From assembly GCA_963770565.1 (NCBI GenBank), contig CAVYQE010000002.1, positions 704,001 through 768,000 of the forward strand: a stretch of DNA of 64,000 nucleotides, read 5' to 3'. This stretch comes from an uncultured Actinomycetota bacterium. GTDB taxonomy: Bacteria; Actinomycetota; Actinomycetes; JAFAQI01. The notes beneath the pieces were generated by a model. The model saw only the letters and a program-made list of their open reading frames with translations, was not told the origin of the DNA and searched no databases. The translations under genes were made by a program, and so were the position numbers. Below are positions 1 to 9,588 of the stretch, one piece after another. Position 1 is the first letter of the stretch. Every line of letters begins with the position of its first letter.

Positions 1-261
1 TCCTACAGCTGCGTCTTCGTCGTGATCAAGGGCTCCGACTACGCGATCGGTCCGATCAAGAACATCAAGTCGACGAAGTCCGGCAAGGTCACCTGCAAGC
101 TGACGTTCCAGCCCTACAAGGCGTCTGACTTCGCCAACGGCAAGACCCACCACTGCCCGTTGACCGCGAAGGACAAGAAGGCGCACTGGAGGTGCGGGGT
201 CGCGGTCTCGACGATCGACAAGTCATCCGCGACGATCCAGTACTTCACGGCCAAGAAGTAA
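1..261 (+). CDS. C-terminal part of a hypothetical, probably secreted Cys-containing protein (5' end outside window)
   Basis: Open frame from base 1 to TAA at 259-261 with strong GC3 codon bias; four Cys including HCPLT...WRCGVAV. Confidence 0.7.
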   Translation, partial: SYSCVFVVIKGSDYAIGPIKNIKSTKSGKVTCKLTFQPYKASDFANGKTHHCPLTAKDKKAHWRCGVAVSTIDKSSATIQYFTAKK

Positions 262-282
262 GGACCGGCGATCCCGCCTCGA

Positions 283-825
283 TCACCCCGATCGAGGCGG
301 GATCCAATCTTCGGCCAGCAAACCCATGACGAGCTCGTCCACGAACGCGCCACTGACCCAGGCCGAGGCCCTCAGCGTGCCTTCCGGCACGAAACCTGAG
401 TTGCGCGCGGCTGCGATCATCGCCGCATTGTCGGCAAGTGTGTCGACCTGCAACCGGTGCAGCCCGCGAACCACGAACCCGTAGTGGCACATCACCGCGA
501 CGACGTCGGCGCCGTATCCCTTACCGCGGCAGGCCGACAGCAATGACACCCCGACGTGCGCACAGCGATTGAAGGTGTCGATCCCCCAGAGCAACGCGTC
601 ACCGGCGATCTCGTCGTCGGCCAGCGTCACGACCGTGAAGGTCGCGGTGTCGCCCGGCCGGGACTCCACGGCGTACGGCGACGCACCTGAGTCCACCGAG
701 ATCGGCCGCCAGGGCCGCGAGTCGGCGCGAGACCTGGTCACCACGTCGTCATAGAGGGCGGCATGCAGGATCGGGACGTCGGACGTTTGGCGGGCCCGCA
801 GCCCGACCAGCTCTCCGTGCAACAT
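283..825 (-). CDS. GNAT N-acetyltransferase, RimJ/RimL-like
   Basis: ATG at 825 (MLHGELVGLRAR); motifs RGKGYG, GLHRLQVDT, N..MI, GFVPEGTLR. Confidence 0.88.
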   Translation of the reverse strand: MLHGELVGLRARQTSDVPILHAALYDDVVTRSRADSRPWRPISVDSGASPYAVESRPGDTATFTVVTLADDEIAGDALLWGIDTFNRCAHVGVSLLSACRGKGYGADVVAVMCHYGFVVRGLHRLQVDTLADNAAMIAAARNSGFVPEGTLRASAWVSGAFVDELVMGLLAEDWIPPRSG

Positions 826-864
826 CGCTGTCGCTCCTGCCCTCGGGTGTGATGAGAATGCGGC

Positions 865-2895
865 GTGCATCTTCCCACTCGAAGGATCCTCGCCGCCCTC
901 GCGCTCGCCACCGCGGCCACCGTCGCCGCGGCGCCGGCCGGTGCCGCCCATCCCAGTACGGCGGCAAAACCCGCGCCCACGACGCTCACGGTCGGCTCGC
1001 TGTCGGTGCATCGGTGCAAGCTCGCGCTCGGTGTCCGCCTGACCTACTGCGGGTCGCTGAAGGTGCCACTCGACTACAACTCGGCCAAGGACGGCCTGAT
1101 CACGGTCGGCTTCGGCTGGATCCCGGCCGCGAATCCCGGCACCGGCGAGATGCCGCGCACGATCGTCGCCGAGGAAGGCGGCCCGGGCTACCCGTCGACC
1201 GGCACCGCGCCTGACTACGTCGCGATGATCGGCAACAAGCTGCTCGACCACAACAACCTGCTGCTCGTCGATGAGCGCGGCACCGGCCGCTCCACCCCGA
1301 TCGACTGCAAGGCGATGGAGCACCTTTACATCGTCACGACCACGCCCGCGTTCCTGCACACCGTTCACCAGTGCGGCGAGTCGCTCAACCACCGGTTCCC
1401 GCGCGCCGGCGGTGGGTTCGTCCACGCATCCGACCTGTTCACGACCGCGAACGGCGCGCGCGACTTGGTCGAGGTGCTGAAGGCGCTCAAGACCGGTCCG
1501 GTCGACCTGTACGGCGACTCCTACGGGACCTACTTCGCCCAGTCGTTCCTGTCCCGCTTCCCGACCATGTTGCGGTCGGTCACCCTCGACTCGGCGTACG
1601 AAGCGCGCGACCTGAGTCCCTGGTATCACTCGACCCTGACGACCGCGCGGCGCGCGTTCGACATTGCGTGCAACCGCAGCGCGGCCTGCCACAGCGCCGC
1701 ACCGGGCAAGTCATGGAAGCGGATCGCGAAGCTGGCAAGGCTCCTGCGCGCCCACCCCTTCAGCGGCACGGCACCCGGGGTGGACGCAACCGACGTACCG
1801 GTCACGATGACCATCACGTCGCTGGTCAACATCGTCAACGACGCCGGGTATGACTTCGACCCCTACCGCCAGCTCGACGCAGCGGTCCGTGCCTACCTCG
1901 ACCACCGCGACGGCACGCCGCTGCTGCGGCTCTACGCGCAGGACATCGGGTACGACTACAGCGACTACAACGCGACCGCGACCTACTACTCCGACGGCCA
2001 GTACTTCGCGGTCGGCTGCTCGGACTATCCGCAGCTGTTCGACATGCGCGCGACGCCCACCACGCGCAAGGCGCAGTTTGCAAAGGCTGAGAGCCACTAT
2101 CCGGCGCATGCCTTCGCGCCGTTCACGGTGAAGGAGTGGGTCGCGGTCAACCCGTTCACCGAGACCTACCACGCCTGCACGGCCTGGCCGAAGACGATCC
2201 ATCGCGCCGACCCGCCGGTGCCGGCCCACGTCTCGATGGACGCGACCCACGTGCCGGTGCTCATCCTCAACGGAGCGCTCGACTCGCTGACGCCGGCTGC
2301 CGGCGGCGCCCACATCCACCGCCAGATCGGCTCGGCGTCACGATCGATCGTGACCGCCAACACCGTTCACCTGGTCGCGCTCGATGATCGCTACGGCTGC
2401 GGCGCAAGCCTGTATCGCCGGTTCATCACCGCGCCGAGCACCCTGCACTCACTCAACGCCGCCTGTGCCAAACAGGTGCCGGCAGTTCAAACGGTCGGCA
2501 ACTTCCCGCTCACCGTCGCGGCAGCTGCGCCGGCCCACGGCCCGGGTGCTCGACTGATGCGGCAACGCGCCGCGGTTGCGCTCGAGGCGGCCGGCGACGC
2601 GGCGATTCGGTGGAACTACGTCGACGGAAACCGCGACGTGGGGCTTCGGGGCGGGAAGATCCGCTACCACGCCGCGCCCGGTACGTCGTACACGGCGGTG
2701 CTGGATCAGGTTCGCTGGACGGAGGACTCGACCGTGTCGGGTCACGTGACGTTCTCACCCAACGCGCTGTCTGCGAAGGGGACGGTCATCATCACCGGAC
2801 CCAGCGGTGAACCGCTGCGCTGCCGTCTGCAATGGCACGGCTCCACCGCAACCCTCATCGTCGGTGGCCGCATCCTGCACGCACCATCGCCCTAG
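865..2895 (+). CDS. Secreted alpha/beta hydrolase (TAP-like peptidase) with C-terminal extension
   Basis: Signal peptide; CGSLKVPLDY, EGGPG, DERGTGRS, nucleophile GDSYG, GALDSLTP and His motif. Confidence 0.88.
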   Translation: MHLPTRRILAALALATAATVAAAPAGAAHPSTAAKPAPTTLTVGSLSVHRCKLALGVRLTYCGSLKVPLDYNSAKDGLITVGFGWIPAANPGTGEMPRTIVAEEGGPGYPSTGTAPDYVAMIGNKLLDHNNLLLVDERGTGRSTPIDCKAMEHLYIVTTTPAFLHTVHQCGESLNHRFPRAGGGFVHASDLFTTANGARDLVEVLKALKTGPVDLYGDSYGTYFAQSFLSRFPTMLRSVTLDSAYEARDLSPWYHSTLTTARRAFDIACNRSAACHSAAPGKSWKRIAKLARLLRAHPFSGTAPGVDATDVPVTMTITSLVNIVNDAGYDFDPYRQLDAAVRAYLDHRDGTPLLRLYAQDIGYDYSDYNATATYYSDGQYFAVGCSDYPQLFDMRATPTTRKAQFAKAESHYPAHAFAPFTVKEWVAVNPFTETYHACTAWPKTIHRADPPVPAHVSMDATHVPVLILNGALDSLTPAAGGAHIHRQIGSASRSIVTANTVHLVALDDRYGCGASLYRRFITAPSTLHSLNAACAKQVPAVQTVGNFPLTVAAAAPAHGPGARLMRQRAAVALEAAGDAAIRWNYVDGNRDVGLRGGKIRYHAAPGTSYTAVLDQVRWTEDSTVSGHVTFSPNALSAKGTVIITGPSGEPLRCRLQWHGSTATLIVGGRILHAPSP

Positions 2896-2984
2896 GAGAC
2901 TGCTGAACAACGCCGTCCGTCGCGAGCGACGATCCGATCCGGGCGGCGCGCAGCAGGACAGCGCGTTGTTCGGCAGCCTCCTAG
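2892..2984. repeat. Palindromic MITE/REP-like element bounded by CTAG
   Basis: ctaggagactgctgaacaacgc ... gcgttgttcggcagcctcctag, an imperfect 22-bp terminal inverted repeat; the left CTAG supplies the hydrolase stop codon. Confidence 0.6.
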
Positions 2985-3032
2985 CGCTCAGCCTGCTACG
3001 ACGCCGCAACGTGGCCGAATCGTGACCGCAAC

Positions 3033-4079
3033 GTGCTGTCGCAAGCCTGCGTCGACGTTAGTTTCAGGCAACCGGATTCGTCGGAGGGTGTCGCGATCAG
3101 CCGCAGGCATCTCGTAGTCGTCGCTGGTATGGCGGCGGCCGTACTCTCGGCATGTGGTGGCTCCGGTTCCGCTGCTGTCTCACCGCAGCCCAGCGCCGCA
3201 ACCCCGAGTGCCAGCAGCACGTCGAGCCCGGCTTCGGCCAGCCGGTACATCGAGGCGACCGTTCACATCGGCGCTCAGCCGTGCGCGGTGGAAGGTGGCT
3301 ACGGCTCGATCTGGGTGAGCGTCTACGGCGCGAACAGAGAACTGCGGATCGACCCCGCCACTCACAAGCTGCTAGCAAGTTTTCATACCGGCAAGGCGCC
3401 GTGCGGCATCGCAGTGGGTGCCGGCTCGGTCTGGGTGGAGAACTACCTAGGAAACTCGGTGACCCGGATCGACCCGCGCACGAACAAGGTGTCAGCGACG
3501 ATCCGAACCGGGATTGCGCCATACGACGTGACCTATCTGGCCGGCGCCGCGTGGGTGACGAACTACTCCGATGACACGGTCACCCGCATCGATGCAGCCA
3601 GCAACCGGACCACCACCATCAGGGTCGGATCACAACCGACCGGAATCGCTCCAGCCGGCGGCGCAGTGTGGGTGACCAACAAGACGGACGGCACAATCTC
3701 GCGCATCACGCCGAGCACCTTGACGGTGCGAACGACGAAACTCGGTGAATCACCGAGTTGGACCGCCTGGGGCGGAGGTCGGCTGTGGGTGTCAGACGCC
3801 GGTTCGATCGATCAGGTCGACCTCGCCACCGGCAGGTTGTCCCACCAGACCGCGCTCGGCGGTCAGGCCAATGACGGAGACATTTCGGACGGCCACGTGT
3901 GGGTGAGCGACTCGTCCGGAACCTTGCATGAGGTGGACGCAGCCACTGGCAAGGTGCAGGGGTCGTGGCCACTCGGCCTGAACAACCCGTTCGTCCTCGC
4001 GGCTTACGCCGGCCGCTTATGGGTGGTCGACTTCAAGGGCACCGACCTCGAAGAGATCGACCCGGCCGGATTGACCTGA
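3033..4079 (+). CDS. YncE/Vgb-like beta-propeller lipoprotein (true start may be downstream, e.g. ATG 3129)
   Basis: Lipobox LSAC; repeated G.VWV.N....V.RIDP blades. Confidence 0.8.
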   Translation: MLSQACVDVSFRQPDSSEGVAISRRHLVVVAGMAAAVLSACGGSGSAAVSPQPSAATPSASSTSSPASASRYIEATVHIGAQPCAVEGGYGSIWVSVYGANRELRIDPATHKLLASFHTGKAPCGIAVGAGSVWVENYLGNSVTRIDPRTNKVSATIRTGIAPYDVTYLAGAAWVTNYSDDTVTRIDAASNRTTTIRVGSQPTGIAPAGGAVWVTNKTDGTISRITPSTLTVRTTKLGESPSWTAWGGGRLWVSDAGSIDQVDLATGRLSHQTALGGQANDGDISDGHVWVSDSSGTLHEVDAATGKVQGSWPLGLNNPFVLAAYAGRLWVVDFKGTDLEEIDPAGLT

Positions 4080-4177
4080 CCAGGACAACCACCACGGTCG
4101 GTGGCAACACCCTGCATGCGCCCGCGCCCTAATCGGGCAGCGAGGGCGATGCAGGGCGGGCCAGCAACGCAGAGTTG

Positions 4178-4303
4178 TTATCGGCTGCTACGGCGCGTAC
4201 GCCGGTAGCAACGGACGACCGCGTTGTCGCGGTCGCGCTTGGCCTGCTCGCGCAACTCATGCGTGCGTGCGGCAGCTGCCGCTGCCATCACACTTGCGTG
4301 CAT
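4178..4303 (-). CDS. Small 41-aa basic protein, not in ORF track
   Basis: Strong RBS AAGGAGGTG before ATG 4303; MHASVMAAAAAARTHELREQAKRDRDNAVVRCYRRTRRSSR then TAA; GC hairpin downstream (~4110-4157). Confidence 0.6.
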   Translation of the reverse strand: MHASVMAAAAAARTHELREQAKRDRDNAVVRCYRRTRRSSR

Positions 4304-4346
4304 CGTCTGTCACCTCCTTCACGTTTCTCGTCGGGCATCTCTAGTC

Positions 4347-5120
4347 CTACCGAACACCTACGACAGCCGCGTCGGTGTAGCCGCGCCACACCAGTCCGGC
4401 CTCGACGAACCCGGCTTCTCGCAGTGCCGCGACATGCCACGCCGAGGACATCGTCGACTCGGTGTGTCCCGAACCGCCGCGGTCGGCGAATCGGGCGTCA
4501 CGTGCGGCCACGGCATCGGCCAACGCCGGCTCGGTGCGCAACCGTACCCACCAGCCGTCCCAGTCGGTCGCCCCCGGCACCAATTGGGCCTGCTCCTGCC
4601 GCTTCTCAGTCAACGCTGAAAGGGCTCCGGATAATCCGGTCAGACCCTCGTCCGGCATATGGTCGGCGTTGGCGAAGATCCCGCCCTGGCGAAGCACCGA
4701 GGCGGCCTCGGCATACACCCCGGCCACCCGCTCCGGCGTCAGCCAGTGGAGCGCGGTCGCGGTAAGCACCGCGTCGAACTCCGCGTCGTCGCCGAGCGCC
4801 TGCCGCCAGTCCCGGGAGGCGAGATCAGCGGTCAGGACCTGCGCCCGCTCGTCGCCCTCAAAGGTGCCCGCGGCGATCGCCAACAGGGCAGCATCGACGT
4901 CGAGGACGACCGAAGTCGCCTTCGGGAACCGGTCCAGCGCCCGGATCGTGATCGAACCGGTGCCGCCGGCCAGGTCGAGGATCCGCGGCTCATTGCCCAC
5001 GGTCGCCTCGACCGCGTCGAGGATGGCGGCGAACCGCTCCTCGCGGTCGGGAAGATAGGTCATCTGCTGGCTGTCCCACTCCTGCTGGAGGGCGTTCCAG
5101 TCCACGTTTGACCTCCTCAT
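4347..5120 (-). CDS. Class I SAM-dependent methyltransferase
   Basis: ILDLAGGTGS motif I, VVLDVD, FDAVLTATALHWL. Confidence 0.88.
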   Translation of the reverse strand: MRRSNVDWNALQQEWDSQQMTYLPDREERFAAILDAVEATVGNEPRILDLAGGTGSITIRALDRFPKATSVVLDVDAALLAIAAGTFEGDERAQVLTADLASRDWRQALGDDAEFDAVLTATALHWLTPERVAGVYAEAASVLRQGGIFANADHMPDEGLTGLSGALSALTEKRQEQAQLVPGATDWDGWWVRLRTEPALADAVAARDARFADRGGSGHTESTMSSAWHVAALREAGFVEAGLVWRGYTDAAVVGVR

Positions 5121-5172
5121 ACAGTCATCTTCGGCACGAAGTCCGGTAATAGTTAGCGTTCCTTGTTAGCAC

Positions 5173-5195
5173 TTACTCTACCTGAGTGTGAGTAA
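5173..5195. promoter_or_regulatory. Candidate operator TTACTC-N11-GAGTAA in divergent promoter
   Basis: Inverted hexamers in the AT-rich gap between the methyltransferase and the CGNR regulator. Confidence 0.4.
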
Positions 5196-5204
5196 TATGT
5201 ACAC

Positions 5205-5726
5205 ATGGACTTTGGTCATTACGCCGAACGAGCGGCCGACCTGGCGAATGCCGACCTCAGCACGGTCGAGACCCTGCAGTCCTACCTGGACGACCGGGAC
5301 TGGCTCAGCCAGCGCGTGACCGACGCCGATCTGCGTCCGCTGCGCCGGTTCACCAGCGAGCTCAGCGTCGTGATCGACGACTCGGCCGCGGGCGACGAGG
5401 TCGCCGTGGTCGACCATCTGAACGCCCTGCTCGAGCAGCACCCAGTGCGGCCCCGGATCTCCGGGCACGACTCCGAGGACTGGCACCTACACGTGAACGA
5501 CCGCAACGACGCGGTCGCGGCGATCCTGATCGGCGAGGCGCTGCTCGGGATGACCCTGGCGGTCACCGAGGTGGGCGCCGACCGGTTCGGCCGTTGCGCC
5601 GATCCGACCTGCCGTGGCGCGTTCTTCGACGGCACGGCCAACCACTCCAAGCGCTTCTGCTCCTCGCGCTGCGCCACCCGCACCAACGTCGCGGCCTACC
5701 GGTCGCGGCGGGCCCCGTCGGCTTGA
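5205..5726 (+). CDS. CGNR zinc-finger (ABATE) regulator
   Basis: C-terminal RCADPTCRGAFFD...SKRFCSSRCATRTNVAAYRSR. Confidence 0.9.
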   Translation: MDFGHYAERAADLANADLSTVETLQSYLDDRDWLSQRVTDADLRPLRRFTSELSVVIDDSAAGDEVAVVDHLNALLEQHPVRPRISGHDSEDWHLHVNDRNDAVAAILIGEALLGMTLAVTEVGADRFGRCADPTCRGAFFDGTANHSKRFCSSRCATRTNVAAYRSRRAPSA

Positions 5727-5811
5727 CCGGACCGGCCGGCAGCTCGCCGGGCAAGTCGGGAATGTACGGCGTCCGAACCGTGTCGTTGCAAGGTGAAACG
5801 ATAGGGAGGAC

Positions 5812-8800
5812 GTGACCGTTCAACCCGCTCTCCCCGCAACCGCAGACGGCGACCGCAGCGCCGGCTGGCTGCGGCTGATCTGGAGCTTCGTCGGGCCGGC
5901 CAAGCGGCTGCTGCTGGTCAGCTTCGGCGCGGCGCTGCTCACCACCGCGATCATCACCGCGACGCCCCTAGTGTCCGCCATCATTGTCGACCGCGGTCTC
6001 GACCCGCACCACAAGAGCGTGACCGGCTGGCTGGCGGTTCTGTTCGCGCTCGGCGTGCTGCGGTTCTTCGCGACCCGGGCCCGGCGCTGGCGGGCCGGCC
6101 GGGTCAGCTACGACGTACAGTTCCGGCTCCGCACCCGGCTCTACGAGCACCTGGTCGCGCTCGACCCGAGCGCGCTCGACCGGCTGCGGACCGGGCAGAT
6201 GGTGTCGCGGGCGAGCGCCGACCTGACCCTCGTCCAGCAGTTCCTGGCATGGGGGCCGCAGGTCGTGGCCAACGCGCTACAGCTGGTCGCCAGCATCGTC
6301 GCGATGCTCTTCCTGTCCTGGCCGATCGGCCTGGTCGCGCTCGTCACGGTGCCGCTGACCACCTTCATCGGGATGAAGTCGCGGGCCGGTGTCTTCGCCG
6401 CCAGCTGGGACGCCCAGCAGCGCGAGGCCGAGCTCACCAACGGCGTCGAGGAGGCGGTCACCGGTGTCCGGGTGGTCAAGGGCTTCGGCCAGGAAGCCGC
6501 CGAGACCCAGCGGGTCATGGGCGCGGTCCGAAGCATGTACGCCGGCCGGATGCGGGCCGCCCGCCAGCGCGCGTCGTTCACCTCGACCCTGCAGAGTGTG
6601 CCCGCGCTCGGTCAGTTCGGGGTGCTGCTGATCGGCGGCTATCTCGCCCTGCACCACCGGCTCTCGCTCGGTGACTTCCTGGCCTGTACGACCTACCTCG
6701 TCCAGCTCGCCGCACCGGCCCGGATGATCGGCGCGGTCATGGCGCTCGGGCAGCAGGCCCGCGCCGCCGTCGAGCGGCTGGTCTCGGTGCTCGACACCTC
6801 CGCCACGCTGACCGAGTCGCCGACCGCCCGTTCCTTGCCGGCTGGACCGGGTGCGGTCAGCTTCGGCGACGTGTCGTTCCGCTACTCGGCGGACGGGCCG
6901 CTCGTCCTCGACGGTCTCGACTTCGAGCTCGCTCCGGGCGAGGTGGTCGCTGTGGTCGGGCCGTCTGGCTCGGGCAAGTCGAGCCTGGCCATGTTGCTCC
7001 CTCGCTTCTACGACGCGACTGCGGGAGCGGTGCGCATCGACGGCCTCGACGTCCGCGACGTGACCTTCGACTCCTTGCGCTCCCGGGTCGGGATGGCGTT
7101 CGAGGAGGCATTCCTCTTCTCCGACACGATCCGGGCCAACATCGCCTACGGCAGACCGGACGCCACCGAGGCCGATGTGCTCGCCGCGGCCGCGGCCGCA
7201 CAAGCAGCGGAGTTCATCACCGAGCTTCCGGACGGGTACGACACGATCGTCGGCGAGCGCGGGCTGACCCTTTCCGGCGGCCAGCGGCAGCGGATCGCGC
7301 TGGCCCGGCTGCTGCTCGCCGACCCGGAGATCGCCATCCTCGACGACGCGACGAGTGCGGTCGATGCGGCGGTCGAGGCCGACATCCACGCCGAGCTCCG
7401 CCGGTGGAACACCGACCGCACGATCTTGCTGATCGCACACCGCGAGTCGACCGCTCGGCTCGCCGACCGCGTGGTCCTGCTCGAAGCCGGCCGGATCACG
7501 GCGAGTGGCACCCACGACGAGCTGATCGCCGCCAGCCCGCGCTATCGCGAGCTGCTCGAAGCCGCTCCGGTCAGCAGCCCGCTGCTCAGCCCGGTCACCA
7601 GCCGGGCCGACACCCCGCGTCGGCGCGGCGTACAGGCATCTGCCCCGCGCGGCGGACGTCCCGGAGCGGTCGGCCGGTTCGGTGCGACCTCGGGCGCGGC
7701 GAACCGCTGGATCGGACTGATGGCGCCGAGCGCCAACCTGCAGGCCCAGCTCGACGCTTTGCCGCCAACCGTCGACGAGCTTCCGGACGGGCTGATCGAG
7801 GAGGCGGCTGAGGACCAGGCGCCCCTGACCCTGCGACGACTGCTTCATCGCCAGCGAGTAGTCCTCGCCGTCAGCCTCGCCCTGGTCGTCGCCGACGCGC
7901 TCGCGACCCTGGCCCAACCGGAGCTGATCCGGCTCGGCGTCGACAACGGCGTCGCGCGCAACTCGCTGCACGCGCTCTTGTTGGTGTCGTTGGGCTTCGC
8001 GGTGGTGTCGCTGTTCGACTGGTGGGTGATGTGGGCCGGCGCGATCACCACCGGCCAGGGCAGTGAGCGGCTGCTCGCGGCGCTTCGGGTCCGGGTCTTC
8101 GCCCAGCTGCAGCGGCTCGGGATGGACTTCTACGAGTCCGAGCTGACCGGCCGGATCCTGACCCGGGTCACCAGCGACGTCGACACCCTGTCGAGCCTGG
8201 TGCAGAACGGCCTGCTCAACGCGGTCGTATCGATGGCAACCCTGGTCGGGATCGCCGTCCTTCTGCTGGCCACCGACCTGCGGCTCGGGCTGGCCGCGAT
8301 GTCGGTCCTGCCGGTGATGGTGGTCCTGACGATCTGGTACCAGAAGCGCTCGACCGTCGCCTACGACCGGCAACGGGACACGATCGCGACCGTCAACGCG
8401 TCGTTCGCAGAGTCCCTCGCCGGCGTCCGGGTCACTCAGGTGCACAACCGTGAGCGCGTCGACATCGCCAACTACACCGAGCTCGGCCAGGCGAACTGTG
8501 ACGCGGGCCTGCGCGCCCTTTCGATCCAGATCTGGTACGTCGCATCGACCGAGCTCATGCAGCAGTTCGCGACCGCGCTGGTGCTGACGTTGGGGATCGG
8601 GCGGCTGCGCAACGATCCGGGTTTCGCCGGCGTACTGATCGCGTTCGTGCTCTACCTCACGCTGTTCTTCGCGCCGATCCAGCAGCTCTCGCAGGTCTTC
8701 GACTCCTACCAGCAGGCCAGGGCGGGGATGCGAAAGCTCCGGACCCTGCTCAACGAGCCGATCGCGACCCCGACCGCTGCCGAGCCGGTCGACGTCGGTG

Positions 8801-9549
8801 ACCTCGACGGCGAGCTGCGGTTCGAGAACGTGCACTACCGCTATCGCCGGGCCAGCACCGAGGCGCTGCGCGGCGTCGACCTCGTGATCCCGGCCGGCGA
8901 GCGGGTTGCGCTCGTCGGCCGCACCGGCGCCGGCAAGAGCACGCTGATGAAGCTCGCCGCGCGCTTCCACGACCCGACCGAAGGGCGGGTGCTGGTCGAC
9001 GGCCACGACCTGCGTGACCTCGACCCGACGGCGTACCGGCAGCAGCTGGGCTACGTGCCGCAGGAGCCGTTCCTCTTCACCGGGACGATCCGCGACAACG
9101 TCGGCTACGGCCGGCCGGACGCGACCGATGCCGAGGTCGAGCAGGTCTGCCGCGAGGTCGGGCTCGCGACCTGGGTCGACACGCTGCCCGACCGCTACGA
9201 CACCGAGCTCACCGAGCGCGGCCGCTCGTTGTCGGCCGGCCAGCGCCAACTGGTCTGCCTGGCCCGCGCGTTGCTCGTCGACCCGGCGATCCTGCTGCTC
9301 GACGAGGCAACCGCGACCCTCGACCTGTCCGCAGAGGCGGTCGTCACCCGCGCCATCGATGTAGTGGCCCGGGGCCGTACGACGATGGTGATCGCGCACC
9401 GGTTGCAGACCGCGCGGACCGCGGATCGGATCCTCGTGGTGGACGCCGGACTGGTCGTCGAGGACGGCACTCACGACGAGCTGATCGCGGCTGGCGGCTT
9501 CTACGGCAGAATGTGGAACGCCTTCACCGCCGCGTCGCGCGTGGCCTGA
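5812..9549 (+). CDS. Fused double ABC exporter (TMD-NBD-TMD-NBD), Rv0194-like
   Basis: Two Walker A motifs (GPSGSGKS, GRTGAGKS), signatures LSGGQ and LSAGQ, two transmembrane regions. Confidence 0.93.
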   Translation: MTVQPALPATADGDRSAGWLRLIWSFVGPAKRLLLVSFGAALLTTAIITATPLVSAIIVDRGLDPHHKSVTGWLAVLFALGVLRFFATRARRWRAGRVSYDVQFRLRTRLYEHLVALDPSALDRLRTGQMVSRASADLTLVQQFLAWGPQVVANALQLVASIVAMLFLSWPIGLVALVTVPLTTFIGMKSRAGVFAASWDAQQREAELTNGVEEAVTGVRVVKGFGQEAAETQRVMGAVRSMYAGRMRAARQRASFTSTLQSVPALGQFGVLLIGGYLALHHRLSLGDFLACTTYLVQLAAPARMIGAVMALGQQARAAVERLVSVLDTSATLTESPTARSLPAGPGAVSFGDVSFRYSADGPLVLDGLDFELAPGEVVAVVGPSGSGKSSLAMLLPRFYDATAGAVRIDGLDVRDVTFDSLRSRVGMAFEEAFLFSDTIRANIAYGRPDATEADVLAAAAAAQAAEFITELPDGYDTIVGERGLTLSGGQRQRIALARLLLADPEIAILDDATSAVDAAVEADIHAELRRWNTDRTILLIAHRESTARLADRVVLLEAGRITASGTHDELIAASPRYRELLEAAPVSSPLLSPVTSRADTPRRRGVQASAPRGGRPGAVGRFGATSGAANRWIGLMAPSANLQAQLDALPPTVDELPDGLIEEAAEDQAPLTLRRLLHRQRVVLAVSLALVVADALATLAQPELIRLGVDNGVARNSLHALLLVSLGFAVVSLFDWWVMWAGAITTGQGSERLLAALRVRVFAQLQRLGMDFYESELTGRILTRVTSDVDTLSSLVQNGLLNAVVSMATLVGIAVLLLATDLRLGLAAMSVLPVMVVLTIWYQKRSTVAYDRQRDTIATVNASFAESLAGVRVTQVHNRERVDIANYTELGQANCDAGLRALSIQIWYVASTELMQQFATALVLTLGIGRLRNDPGFAGVLIAFVLYLTLFFAPIQQLSQVFDSYQQARAGMRKLRTLLNEPIATPTAAEPVDVGDLDGELRFENVHYRYRRASTEALRGVDLVIPAGERVALVGRTGAGKSTLMKLAARFHDPTEGRVLVDGHDLRDLDPTAYRQQLGYVPQEPFLFTGTIRDNVGYGRPDATDAEVEQVCREVGLATWVDTLPDRYDTELTERGRSLSAGQRQLVCLARALLVDPAILLLDEATATLDLSAEAVVTRAIDVVARGRTTMVIAHRLQTARTADRILVVDAGLVVEDGTHDELIAAGGFYGRMWNAFTAASRVA

Positions 9550-9588
9550 GGGATCGCCGTTGCATCTTCCGTCCTGGAAAGGCAGACC

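Noticed and set aside
283-1692. 469-aa version of the GNAT ORF
   Set aside because: The N-terminal part is antisense to the hydrolase; the domain begins at ATG 825.
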